DNA from: a virus
Direction: 5' to 3' (one strand)
IMG/VR virus record: IMGVR_UViG_3300044692_000034
Coordinates: 1-64,000 of that record
Length of the DNA stretch: 64,000 nt
Shown here: in pieces, positions 9,543 to 18,184 of the stretch
How positions within the stretch are numbered: position 1 is the stretch's first letter
Layout: every line of letters starts with the position of its first letter
Notes under the pieces: generated by a model
The model's input: the letters and a program-made list of their open reading frames with translations, nothing else
Databases searched by the model: none
Told to the model about the DNA's origin: nothing
Program-made: the position numbers and the translations under genes

Positions 9543-9767
9543 GCGTCGAAACCTATACGCCTTGTCGGGTCAATGCAAGGCGTTTTGTTCGCCAGTGTCA
9601 GGACGCAGCACGGACATCGCCTTCGCGCACGAACGTGGTGTACGACCACTTCGGTGCGCGATCGGCGAGCGCGTCCTTGACCATCTCGACGGCATGCGCC
9701 TCTGGATGGTCGACTTGCGTCGCCACAGACACACGGACGATGACCTCGACGACGTGGTCGTTGGCCA

Positions 9768-10058
9768 TCAGTAGTGCTCCACGCGGACGCCGCCGCGCGG
9801 CCCCATCGAGAGCTGCCGGTCTGGGTACGGGTCGCCGTGCACGTCCTCGGACGTCGGGTCGTAGAAGTACACGTTCCACGTCGTCGTCTCGTCCGCCATC
9901 TCGTGCGGGTCCTCGCAGTACCGCCAAAACGCGTCCTTCGCGCGCTTGAGCGAGGAGTGCTCCGTCACATCGCGCGGGTCGCGCGGGTCGCCGGGAGTGT
10001 GGTTGTAGTCACCGTTCGGCACGGTCCAGACCGGGCCACGGTGAGAAGGACGGGGCAT
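9768..10058 (-). CDS. Leaderless hypothetical protein (MPRPSH...)
   Basis: Family promoter; ends YPDRQLSMGPRGGVRVE. Confidence 0.8.
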   Translation of the reverse strand: MPRPSHRGPVWTVPNGDYNHTPGDPRDPRDVTEHSSLKRAKDAFWRYCEDPHEMADETTTWNVYFYDPTSEDVHGDPYPDRQLSMGPRGGVRVEHY

Positions 10059-10108
10059 GAAAAGAAGACTACGGGGCTACGGCAGTCACCGCAACCCCGT
10101 AACGTTCA
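10059..10108 (-). promoter_or_regulatory. Family promoter TGAAC-9-TTGCGG-17-TAGTCT-7-ATG
   Basis: Direct reading. Confidence 0.85.
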
Positions 10109-10450
10109 GTCGGTCGCGACGTGCGCGCTCTGCTTCTCCGTCGTACGCAGGACAACGATGAGAGCAGCGATGTACGCCTCACGGGCCGGGTCCACATCAC
10201 ACCACTCACCCGTCTCCTCATCCTGGACCGGTGCGGTCTGCGGCAGGACCCATTCCCACCGCACATCCGTGATCCGCCGCACGAGATGGCCGCGATAGAA
10301 CGCGTACGTGTACTGGTGCCCGTCGTGCGTGTGCGTGACGGTGTTGGCCTCTCCGTCGGAGATTTCGAGGGCGTACATGAGCGGAATGCGTTCGCCGTCG
10401 CGAGGCTTCTTGACGTGATACGTGTCGATGACTGGCTTGCTGGTGGGCAT
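10106..10450 (-). CDS. Leaderless hypothetical protein (MPTSKP...)
   Basis: TTGCCT-17-TAGATT-7-ATG. Confidence 0.8.
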   Translation of the reverse strand: MPTSKPVIDTYHVKKPRDGERIPLMYALEISDGEANTVTHTHDGHQYTYAFYRGHLVRRITDVRWEWVLPQTAPVQDEETGEWCDVDPAREAYIAALIVVLRTTEKQSAHVATD

Positions 10451-10477
10451 GCTCAGAAATCTACCACCATGCCAAGG

Positions 10478-10936
10478 TCAAGGCAACGCGTAGCGTTCGC
10501 GGGAGCGCTCAAACCCGAGCGGCGTCTTCCCGGCAATGTCTACGGCAGGGCACGCCATGAACTCAGCCGGCAGCATCGCTTCCTCTCCGTGCGCGAGCGG
10601 CGTTCGCAAATGGAACACCGCATCGCCGAAGTCCAGCCGCTCCAGCATCGCGTCACCGACCCCGTAAAGCAGAGTCTCAGCCGCGCGCTCAAGTACCCGC
10701 CGCTCAGCTCGACCCAGCCGTGAGAGCGGCACCGGGCCTGTACTGGCGTCCAATAGAGCTACCGAGGCGTGCCACACGGGCCGCCCACCGAACGCGTCCA
10801 GTCAGCGGTTGACGGTGAGGATGCTGGAGAGCAACAACCCACGCCGCGACGGTACGATCTCCCGGAAGCGCGGATGCATGGTGTCATCCGCGAGCTGGCA
10901 CGGGTGCTCGAACGCAGCCCGCTGCCGAGGCGTCAT
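10478..10936 (-). pseudogene. Hypothetical gene interrupted by a single in-frame TGA (10802-10804)
   Basis: ATG 10936 overlaps upstream stop; frame reads ...ILTVNR*LDAFGGRPVWHASV... to 10478. Confidence 0.55.
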
Positions 10937-11205
10937 CACTGGTACACCTCGGGCTTCCACCCGACCGGCGGAAGCTGGTCACCGTAGTGCGCGGTATGAA
11001 CGTGCCGCCACATCGCGATTGAGTCCTTCCGGCGGACGTCGCATTCGGGGACCGGGCACATGTACGCGCCGGAGTCCGACTTGTCGTAGACGGCCTCGAT
11101 CGTCGCGATGCTGTCGCACATCGTGACGATCTCCCACTGCCGGGAGATGATGCGTTCGAGTTGACGTTCGTCTTCTGTCCTAGGAACGGGCCGCATGGCG
11201 CTCAT
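10936..11205 (-). CDS. Protein with a C2H2-type zinc finger
   Basis: YMCPVPECDVRRKDSIAMWRHVHTAH = C-x4-C-x12-H-x4-H. Confidence 0.7.
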   Translation of the reverse strand: MSAMRPVPRTEDERQLERIISRQWEIVTMCDSIATIEAVYDKSDSGAYMCPVPECDVRRKDSIAMWRHVHTAHYGDQLPPVGWKPEVYQ

Positions 11206-11380
11206 CGTACGGCGACAACCGGGCCGCCGCACTGCGGGCACGGCTTCAGCGTCGCCTGCTCTTGCGTGTCGGCAGTACGAGTACCGCCCTTCCACTGGCA
11301 GTACCCGAACCCGTGCTTCGTCTCGACAGCCTTGTCGTTGGCCGCCACACAGAACACGCGCCAGCTACGAGGACCGAGAC

Positions 11381-11671
11381 TCACAGGACGACCCGCTCGA
11401 TCCACTCGATGTAGCGCTTCGCCGTCTCCTCGTTGCATGGCACTGACCCGCCAGGATAGTGGCACCTGAACGCACACGCCGGCCGGTCGAGCTGGTACGT
11501 GACGTAGTAGGCGCCGCGCTGCCAGTACAGCGGACGGTCGCCCGGCTTGAAGTCGGCGGCGGTCGTGCCGGGCGGATACACGATGTCGCCTTCTCCGGTC
11601 GGGCCGAGCTGCGGGAACAGCGTGTTCGGCGGCACGCGGTGGCCAGCGATGTAGTGCACGCCGTCGGTCAT
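11381..11671 (-). CDS. Hypothetical protein
   Basis: MTDGVHY...; ATGA overlap. Confidence 0.6.
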   Translation of the reverse strand: MTDGVHYIAGHRVPPNTLFPQLGPTGEGDIVYPPGTTAADFKPGDRPLYWQRGAYYVTYQLDRPACAFRCHYPGGSVPCNEETAKRYIEWIERVVL

Positions 11672-11982
11672 GACTCGCACCCGTGCTCGATCGCGTACCA
11701 GTCGCCGCGCATGCGCTGAAGCATACCGCCGTACCGATGACCGTCGACGTGGACGACGTACCGGATGTGGCCGGTCTCCCACAGCCGCCGGAACTCGCAC
11801 GGGCCGACGACCCGCTCGTTCCCGTACAGCGTGACGATGCCGCGCTTGTGGTTGCCCATCTTGGACCACGTCCAGCAGGGCATGTCCTCCGTGCACTGGA
11901 CGGAGGCGTTCGCGACGATTGCGCCGACGGTGCTCGCGATGAGCGCGAGCGCGGCGAGTAGCGGCAGCAGCCGGCGGATCAC
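11668..11982 (-). CDS. Secreted Cys-containing protein
   Basis: Signal peptide MIRRLLPLLAALALIA; CTEDMPCW motif. Confidence 0.7.
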   Translation of the reverse strand: MIRRLLPLLAALALIASTVGAIVANASVQCTEDMPCWTWSKMGNHKRGIVTLYGNERVVGPCEFRRLWETGHIRYVVHVDGHRYGGMLQRMRGDWYAIEHGCES

Positions 11983-12305
11983 GACTGCTCCTCGAGGATG
12001 CGGGCGACCATGGCGAGCTTCTCCGGCGTGACGTTGAACCAGTGCGTCTTGCCGTTGCCGATCGCCTGCATGTGGAAGAAGCCGGTCCCCGGGATGGGGC
12101 CGCGCTCCAGCAGGTCGGTGATCATGCCGGTGGCATAGCCTTGGCCGAGCGGCGCGGTAGCCGGGTCGTTCCCGCTGAGCCTGTCGTACGCGTCCTGGTA
12201 CCGGCCGACTGTACCCGGGTCGAGGTACTCGGTGTCGTTCTCCAGGACGTATCCGAGCGCTTCGGTTGCCGTGTTCAGGGCGTCGGTGTAGGTGGTGGTG
12301 GGCAT
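11979..12305 (-). CDS. Leaderless hypothetical protein (MPTTTYT...)
   Basis: TAGACG-17-TAGTCT-7-ATG. Confidence 0.8.
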   Translation of the reverse strand: MPTTTYTDALNTATEALGYVLENDTEYLDPGTVGRYQDAYDRLSGNDPATAPLGQGYATGMITDLLERGPIPGTGFFHMQAIGNGKTHWFNVTPEKLAMVARILEEQS

Positions 12306-12338
12306 AACAAGAAGACTACGTGCCGTGTGCGGTCGCGT

Positions 12339-12688
12339 CTACTCGGTACGTTCACCGAGCGCGGCGCGGAGTTCTTCGGGCGTGCCTAGGACCATCTCGC
12401 CACGCTCAAGGATGTGGTCGCTGTACTTGTTCGCGAGGAGCGTCTGGTCGATGCGCCATCCGTCGAATGCGTCGGTGCCGGCGATGATCTCCGGCTTGAG
12501 CGTGACGTTTCCGATGACCAACGCATCGGCGCGTTTGGTGAACAACCACGGATGCTCGATGCCGGCACACGAGACGCACCCGCGATGATGACGACCGGAT
12601 TGCCTGCGTGGTCCCTCTGACGGCGAGCCCACAACCACGCAGGCGCGGTGATGTACCCCGGACCGAGAAGGTCAGCGATGATGTCCAT
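12339..12688 (-). pseudogene. Probable single gene split by a -1 frameshift near 12580
   Basis: N-half in ORF 12386-12688 (MDIIADLLG...VVIIAG), C-half in ORF 12339-12638 (CVSCAGIEHPW...). Confidence 0.5.
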
Positions 12689-12915
12689 CAGTTGTCGTCT
12701 CGGATGAGCTTGCAGGACAGCACCTCGTCACGGCTCGCGCGGCGCGGCGGCTTCACCATGCGGCCGCCCTCTTTGATGACCTCGTGCTGGCCGTTCGCGT
12801 GGAGCACCACGACGAACCCCGACGACTTGATGGCGGCCTTTGCGAACTCCGGAGCACTCGACGTGCCGTTGCTCTGGAAGGCGACGCGCTGCTTACGCTG
12901 TGCAATGGTGGGCAT
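12688..12915 (-). CDS. Leaderless small basic protein (MPTIAQ...)
   Basis: TTGCAG-17-TAGTGT-7-ATG. Confidence 0.75.
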   Translation of the reverse strand: MPTIAQRKQRVAFQSNGTSSAPEFAKAAIKSSGFVVVLHANGQHEVIKEGGRMVKPPRRASRDEVLSCKLIRDDN

Positions 12916-12966
12916 ACGACAGACACTACGGGCCGCGAAGCATCTCTGCAACGCGGCCCGTTCAGT

Positions 12967-13020
12967 TGGTGGAGCGAGCGCCCGGATTTGACCCCGGCTA
13001 CTGCCACTGTCACTCGCCCC
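12967..13020 (-). ncRNA. tRNA-Ala-like minihelix RNA (acceptor stem + T-arm + ACCA)
   Basis: GGGGCGAGTG...CGCTCGCTCC-ACCA 10-bp stem with G3-U70 and A73; T-loop-like GTCAAAT. Confidence 0.55.
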
Positions 13021-13049
13021 GTGGGATCCCGTGGCTCAGGCGGAAGGTA

Positions 13050-13292
13050 CTACGACCAGCTCGAACGCGCCGAGTGCGCGACGGCGTGCGGCTGCTTCAG
13101 GGCACGCTTGTGCGCGTTCAGCGACCGCGCCGACTCGTTCTTCGAGCCCTTCCCGTACGGTGACTCGTGCGCGCTCGCGCCCGCCGCCATCAGCAGCACG
13201 ACCATCAGCATCACCGCGAGCGCGGCGCCGGCGACAGCCACGGCCTTCCCGCCCCCGATGTGACCCCACTTCACGACGTTGGTGCTCAGCAT
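13050..13292 (-). CDS. Small secreted or membrane protein
   Basis: Hydrophobic AVAVAGAALAVMLMVVLLMAAGASA, basic C-terminus; AAGGA RBS. Confidence 0.55.
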   Translation of the reverse strand: MLSTNVVKWGHIGGGKAVAVAGAALAVMLMVVLLMAAGASAHESPYGKGSKNESARSLNAHKRALKQPHAVAHSARSSWS

Positions 13293-13413
13293 TGCGACCC
13301 TATCCTTTTGGTCCCCGCTCCGGTTTGGCGGGGGCTCACCACTAGTAACGGCACGAGCACCCCACACCTTTAGCGCCTTCAATCGGCGTGGCGCGTGGGC
13401 GCTCATAGAACGC

Positions 13414-13442
13414 GGACGGGCCGCTGATCAGGCGGCCCGTCC
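13414..13442 (-). terminator. Hairpin, probable terminator
   Basis: GGACGGGCCGC/GCGGCCCGTCC 11-bp stem. Confidence 0.5.
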
Positions 13443-13456
13443 AGTTGTCTTCAAGG

Positions 13457-13672
13457 TCCTGCGAGTCTTGTATGAGCGGCTTGCCGAAGCCGCTGTCCGA
13501 TGCCCCAGTCCCGGCTCATGTCACTCAGGTGGACTGGCGCGAGCGAAGTTTGGATGCTGTCGTCTTGTCGTAGCGGCGAAGCGCCGCTAGATGGGGTCTG
13601 GCGCAGGCCGGGGCGGATGTCCGGCACAGGCCGACCCGATGCACCGAGGCACGCGGTCGGCAACCCGCAGGA
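13457..13672 (-). ncRNA. Candidate structured ncRNA (~215 nt)
   Basis: Closing stem 13457-13467/13662-13672 with G-U pairs only on the minus strand, enclosing at least four hairpins. Confidence 0.45.
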
Positions 13673-13754
13673 GCCAAATCAGCAAGGCCACCTTCGGTGG
13701 GAGCCGCAGCTCCATGACGTAGATCGTGAAGATCATGCGTTGGAGTGTGTGAGC

Positions 13755-14087
13755 CTACTCGCGCTCGGCGTCCTGCTCAAGGATGGCCTGTGCCTCGGCG
13801 ATGGCTTCGGCGAGCGCGGCGCTGATGCATGTCGCCAGCTCGATGCTCTTGTCGCTGGCGCTCGCGAGGCTGATGCGCGGCTCGCCGTGCAGCCCGAGTC
13901 CGTCGGTGTCGGGGAGCCACAGCTCGACGGTGTGGTACGGGCGCAGCACGTTGCTGTCGCGCCAGATGTACCCGTCCTTGTAGATCGCGAAGTGGATGAG
14001 CGATCTGCCTTGCGGGACGCGCTTGAGCGACCACCCGTCGGGCAGCTTGTGCGTCGTGATGTCCGTGGTGGGTTCTCGTGTGGGCAT
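13755..14087 (-). CDS. Leaderless hypothetical protein (MPTREPTT...)
   Basis: TTGCGT-17-TAATCT-7-ATG. Confidence 0.8.
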   Translation of the reverse strand: MPTREPTTDITTHKLPDGWSLKRVPQGRSLIHFAIYKDGYIWRDSNVLRPYHTVELWLPDTDGLGLHGEPRISLASASDKSIELATCISAALAEAIAEAQAILEQDAERE

Positions 14088-14097
14088 GGTGAAAAGA

Positions 14098-14328
14098 TTA
14101 CTCGCCCGGCTTGGTCGACGCAACCCCATTTGGTTCGTCGTCGAGCAAACGCATCCCGAGTGCGACAGCCACATCCTGCCGCATGCGCTTGAGGCTGCCG
14201 CCCTGCTTCATGCGTTGCTCCATCACGGCCACAGCCGCTTCGAACGGACCGAGCACGAACACCATTGCGTCTTCTCGCCGCACCGTGATGGTGACAGTCT
14301 CATAGCCCACAACGATGTCAGTCGACAT
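14098..14328 (-). CDS. Hypothetical protein
   Basis: ORF track, coupled. Confidence 0.55.
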   Translation of the reverse strand: MSTDIVVGYETVTITVRREDAMVFVLGPFEAAVAVMEQRMKQGGSLKRMRQDVAVALGMRLLDDEPNGVASTKPGE

Positions 14329-14704
14329 ACCGTTCCCACTTTCTGCCGGTCAGGGCCGACCACTCCTGCGCGGCCGTGTCCATCGACTCCCCGCACAAGA
14401 ACGCGACGCCGTCGAGCCGCTGCCCACGTTCATCATCCGGCCCTGCGCGTAGCTCGCAAATGGAGGCCTCTAGCCGAGCGAGCACCTCGTCTAGGCGCGA
14501 TGGAGGTGCGGCAGGAAGCGGCACAAGCAGATTTTCACTCACAGCGAACGTCTGCCCCGATGCCTTGCGCAGCACGACGACCCAGCCCGGGTACCCGTGC
14601 AACCACTCGAACCCGATCAACTCCTCGGGCGTGCCGAGCACCTGCACGACCTCCATCGACTCGATGTCGCCGGAGTAGTACGCCTTCGTCAGCCGTGGCA
14701 GCAT
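14318..14704 (-). CDS. Hypothetical protein
   Basis: MLPRLTKAYY...; purine-rich RBS. Confidence 0.6.
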   Translation of the reverse strand: MLPRLTKAYYSGDIESMEVVQVLGTPEELIGFEWLHGYPGWVVVLRKASGQTFAVSENLLVPLPAAPPSRLDEVLARLEASICELRAGPDDERGQRLDGVAFLCGESMDTAAQEWSALTGRKWERYVD

Positions 14705-15135
14705 TTCTTCGCCTTCCTCCCCGAACCGCACGGGCATGGCGCGTTACGCGACACGCCACTAGCCGCACGCCTGAGCACCTGCGGCGCCACCCGCTCAAGG
14801 CGCGGCATGCTCTCCCACATGGCGTCTGTGCGCGGCGCGAGCACGCACACCGGGCACACCAGAGCGGCGTCTCCGCCGAGCGCGGGCACGCCTTGCCAAC
14901 CGCACGCATGCCGGTAGACGAGCCCTGCCACGTGCCCTAGTGGGCGCTCGCCGTCTTGGCCTAGCGGCCCGTGCTCGTCGATACTGAACGGGAGCGCACA
15001 CGAGTCGCAGTGCTCACCGCAGAGTTCACGCTCACGTGCATCGGCATGGTCGAACGTAGCGTCGGCCATGACCCCGCAGTACGGGCACCTGACCTGCTTA
15101 CGCACCTTCGGCGCAAGCGGCGGGACGCGGCTCAT
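14689..15135 (-). CDS. Multi-Zn-finger protein with C-terminal SEC-C motif
   Basis: CPYC, CDSC, CPVC and VSRNAPCPCGSGRKAKKCCHG (SEC-C). Confidence 0.8.
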   Translation of the reverse strand: MSRVPPLAPKVRKQVRCPYCGVMADATFDHADARERELCGEHCDSCALPFSIDEHGPLGQDGERPLGHVAGLVYRHACGWQGVPALGGDAALVCPVCVLAPRTDAMWESMPRLERVAPQVLRRAASGVSRNAPCPCGSGRKAKKCCHG

Positions 15136-15355
15136 AGGTTGCTCCAAGTCGATGCCGGAGTTCGGACAATGCCGTCCTCGCACAGCAGCAGCAGCGTGAG
15201 GGTGCGCAGGCCGCTCGCGGGATGGCCGAGCACCTGCCGCACACGCTCCTGCACGTCCACGATGACCTTGCCGTCGGCGCGCTCGTGCGGTGTCACAACG
15301 CAGTGCGGGTTGTTCTTGCGAACCAGCTCGACATACGCTTCCTGGTCAGTCGTCA

Positions 15356-15799
15356 TCACGCAACCATGACCTTGACGCCCCACGCCTTGGCCTGCTCACA
15401 GACGCCGGCTATCGCCTCGAACGCCTCGGTGAAGTAGCCGGGCCGCAACCCGCCGACGAACACGTTCCCGTGCTGCGTCGCGGGCATGCCGCCATCGTCG
15501 ACAGGCGGCACGGCGCGAGCCAACGTGACACGGCCTAGCAGCTCATCAGCGTCGATCTCGATGAATCCATCCGTGAGCGTGTACCCGAGCGCACGCAACA
15601 CCATCGTCCCGTTCATCACGGACATGCTCGGTCCGTCGTACCAGCCGGCCGCAAGGCGCTGCTCAAACGTCGGCTGAAGACGACGATCTGTCTGGTCCTC
15701 CCACCCGCTTTCGAACCAGTCGTCGTACTCATCGAGCGGGCCGTACGACCGGTCCGGATCCGTGTGGTCTGGCCGGTAGCAGTAGAAGGTCACGCCCAT
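15356..15799 (-). CDS. Hypothetical protein (MGVTFYCY...), preceded by a leaderless uORF
   Basis: ATG 15799 overlapped by uORF 15790-15825. Confidence 0.75.
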   Translation of the reverse strand: MGVTFYCYRPDHTDPDRSYGPLDEYDDWFESGWEDQTDRRLQPTFEQRLAAGWYDGPSMSVMNGTMVLRALGYTLTDGFIEIDADELLGRVTLARAVPPVDDGGMPATQHGNVFVGGLRPGYFTEAFEAIAGVCEQAKAWGVKVMVA

Positions 15800-15825
15800 G
15801 GCGTCGGGGTGGTGGTGGCGGGCAT
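15790..15825 (-). CDS. Leaderless uORF MPATTTPTPWA
   Basis: TTGCAT-17-TTGAAT-7-ATG; stop lies inside the start of the next gene. Confidence 0.55.
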   Translation of the reverse strand: MPATTTPTPWA

Positions 15826-15880
15826 ACGTTGCATTCAAGCGTGCTGTGGCGGTCAATGCAACCCAGGGTTTGTTCGAAGA

Positions 15881-16444
15881 TCATGAGCCGGCCTCTCTCA
15901 TCTTCTTGTTGTACGACTCGATGATCTCAGGCTGCCACACAGCCGGGTCCTGCGACGACCCGCCGTGCCCAACGATGCCGCACAACGTGGACCACGTGAT
16001 GTGCACCACGTTGACGTGCGTGCCATCCGGCAGAGCACGAACACCGCCGCCGTCCTTCATCATGGCGATCTGCTCGGCCACGCCGAGCTTGTCGGAGATG
16101 GCCGTGCCGTACAGCGCGTTGTACACCTCGCGCTCATCGTGCAGGTCATCGACCACTCGCTCGGAGAGGGTGTTCTCGAGGCCTGCTCTTGACCCGGCGT
16201 GCTCCCTCGGGCCGACGTGCTGGATCTTGTACGGCATGGTCTCCACGGTGTCGAGGACGAACTCGGACTCCACCTTGCCGCTCGGGAACAGCCGCAAGTG
16301 AACGACATCGATCGGCCGGCGGCGCATCCTGGCCTGCTTACGGGCACGCTGACAGATCGTCGCCGGGTTGTCCCAGACGCGGCCGGCGAACTCTCCCGTC
16401 TCGGCCACGCGGAACTCGAAGAGTGCGTTGTGGGTGGTGGGCAT
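15881..16444 (-). CDS. Leaderless hypothetical protein (MPTTHNA...)
   Basis: Family promoter. Confidence 0.8.
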   Translation of the reverse strand: MPTTHNALFEFRVAETGEFAGRVWDNPATICQRARKQARMRRRPIDVVHLRLFPSGKVESEFVLDTVETMPYKIQHVGPREHAGSRAGLENTLSERVVDDLHDEREVYNALYGTAISDKLGVAEQIAMMKDGGGVRALPDGTHVNVVHITWSTLCGIVGHGGSSQDPAVWQPEIIESYNKKMREAGS

Positions 16445-16480
16445 ACTCAAAAGACTACAGAGCACGCACAGTCGCGTCAA
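16445..16480 (-). promoter_or_regulatory. Family promoter TTGACG-17-TAGTCT-7-ATG
   Basis: -35 at 16475-16480, -10 at 16452-16457. Confidence 0.85.
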
Positions 16481-16688
16481 GGTGTTTGTGTCGCAGGCGC
16501 ATCCACCGGTACGACCACGTACTCCTTCTTGACGCTCACACGATGCCCAGTGTTCTCGGCATGACGGTTATGAGCATCCGCGCTGTACTGCTGACCCTTC
16601 CTGTGGACCGCGTGATACGTCCACGAGCAATCAAGACACGCCGCGTACAACGTCGTGCGGTCGTTCTCAACGCGTGTCCTTGAACCCC

Positions 16689-16991
16689 TTACAGGGCGCG
16701 CCAAAACGTCGGACCCTCCCACAAGATGCGTTCAGCGTACCCCTTCCTGGCAAGCCACGCCAACGTCGCCTGCACATTCCGCCTGCCGTACTCCACCGGC
16801 AGCTCGGGGCCGCGACCATACCGTCGCCACTCGTACAACGGCAGCATTGCCTGAACCTCGTCGCTGTGGCACCACCCGCCGTCATGGATGAGACCGGCGG
16901 CGCGTAGGGCTCGCCATGTGGATGCGAGCCCCGGCGAATGCGGCGTGACAGTCGAGTCTTTGAGTTCGGGGTGCGCGTCGGCCGCGATCAC
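16689..16991 (-). CDS. Putative winged-helix protein
   Basis: NVQATLAWLARKGYAERI...FWRAL. Confidence 0.55.
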   Translation of the reverse strand: MIAADAHPELKDSTVTPHSPGLASTWRALRAAGLIHDGGWCHSDEVQAMLPLYEWRRYGRGPELPVEYGRRNVQATLAWLARKGYAERILWEGPTFWRAL

Positions 16992-17524
16992 GACCGGAGG
17001 GAGCTGTCCAGCGCGTACTGCCCGTCCTGGAGGCAGCGCTCCATGATCATCGCTGTGCGGCCCATGTACTCGACGAGGTGGCGGGCGACGCGAGTGTCCC
17101 AGCACAGCGGCACCGGCCCGGGGGAGAACGGGTCGCTGAAGTCGTTGTCGGGTCCGTCGGGTCCGCCGAGCGCGAACACGGCGAGAAGGTTCCCGTAGTT
17201 CGCGAACGTGGCCGTGAAGACCCAGGGGGACAGCGCGAGGCGCGTACGCCCGTCCTGGTCGCTCTTGTCCTTCGGGCACAGGATGTCCGGCACGGTGTCG
17301 CCGATCATCCACATGCCACCGGCGTTCACGATGCCGCCATCGCCGAAGTACGGGCCGGTCATGTGCATGCACGTCTCGGCCGCGTAGTTCACGAGCCCGA
17401 GCACGTCGTCGATGTCAATGACGTGGTCGAGGTCGATGTCGATGAGCCTGCGGCGCGGGGCGACCATGTACTTCGTCCCCATGACGTCAAAAGTGTTGTA
17501 CGGCTCTTTGCGTGCGGTGGGCAT
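16988..17524 (-). CDS. Leaderless hypothetical protein (MPTARKE...)
   Basis: TTGCTA-17-TAGTCT-7-ATG. Confidence 0.8.
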   Translation of the reverse strand: MPTARKEPYNTFDVMGTKYMVAPRRRLIDIDLDHVIDIDDVLGLVNYAAETCMHMTGPYFGDGGIVNAGGMWMIGDTVPDILCPKDKSDQDGRTRLALSPWVFTATFANYGNLLAVFALGGPDGPDNDFSDPFSPGPVPLCWDTRVARHLVEYMGRTAMIMERCLQDGQYALDSSLRS

Positions 17525-17574
17525 GGTAAGAAGACTAAAGGCCGCTTGCGGTCGTAGCAAGCAGCCCGTGTCGC

Positions 17575-18135
17575 CTACAGGACGGGGCGCGTGGTGCGCT
17601 GGACGCACCACCGTGAGAGCTTGTCCGGCTGCACTCCTTGCCGGTAGCTCACCGCACCGGGACGCACCACGACGTAGGAGACCAGCTCGCCGCCTTCCTT
17701 CTCCCACCCGAGGTCGATCTCATCGTTGAAGCCGTCGTCGAGAGAGAAGCCTTCCTCGGGCTGCACGTCGTTCTCAGGATCGAGCCCCACGAGCGCGACA
17801 GCCTGCGACGGCTTGAAGCCACCCTCGTTCAGGTGCTCGACGATCTCCTTCGCCTTGGTCGCAAGCCGGTCCGGCGGGAGCGCGTGATGGGGGTCGGGGA
17901 ACCGCTCCGTGTCGTGTACCACGGGCGGATACGCGCCGTTGTCGCCGAGGTAGCTCTTGTACGCGGCGCCGAGCAGGCCCTCCGGGTCGATCCCCATACG
18001 CGCGGCGGCATGCAGGATGTTCGCGACCGCATCGCGAACACCGGTGAACGGCTCGTTCAGCGCCCAATCGGGCGCGGCGGCGTAGATACCGCGCTCGCCC
18101 CAATCAGCGTGGCGGTCATTCTCTGTGGTGGGCAT
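17575..18135 (-). CDS. Leaderless hypothetical protein (MPTTEND...)
   Basis: Family promoter. Confidence 0.8.
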   Translation of the reverse strand: MPTTENDRHADWGERGIYAAAPDWALNEPFTGVRDAVANILHAAARMGIDPEGLLGAAYKSYLGDNGAYPPVVHDTERFPDPHHALPPDRLATKAKEIVEHLNEGGFKPSQAVALVGLDPENDVQPEEGFSLDDGFNDEIDLGWEKEGGELVSYVVVRPGAVSYRQGVQPDKLSRWCVQRTTRPVL

Positions 18136-18184
18136 GGACAGGAGGCTACGTGCGGTACGTGGTCACCGCAACGCTCAACGTTCG
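18136..18184 (-). promoter_or_regulatory. Family promoter CGAAC-8-TTGCGG-17-TAGCCT-7-ATG
   Basis: Direct reading. Confidence 0.85.

Noticed and set aside
10802-10804. Genome-wide stop codon reassignment or selenocysteine
   Set aside because: TGA and TAG terminate many genes with TGATG/ATGA/TAGTG overlaps; no suppressor or Sec tRNA seen; single isolated case
13520-13535. Hammerhead ribozyme core (CTGAGTGA on minus strand)
   Set aside because: Does not match CUGANGA spacing and there is no GAAA partner
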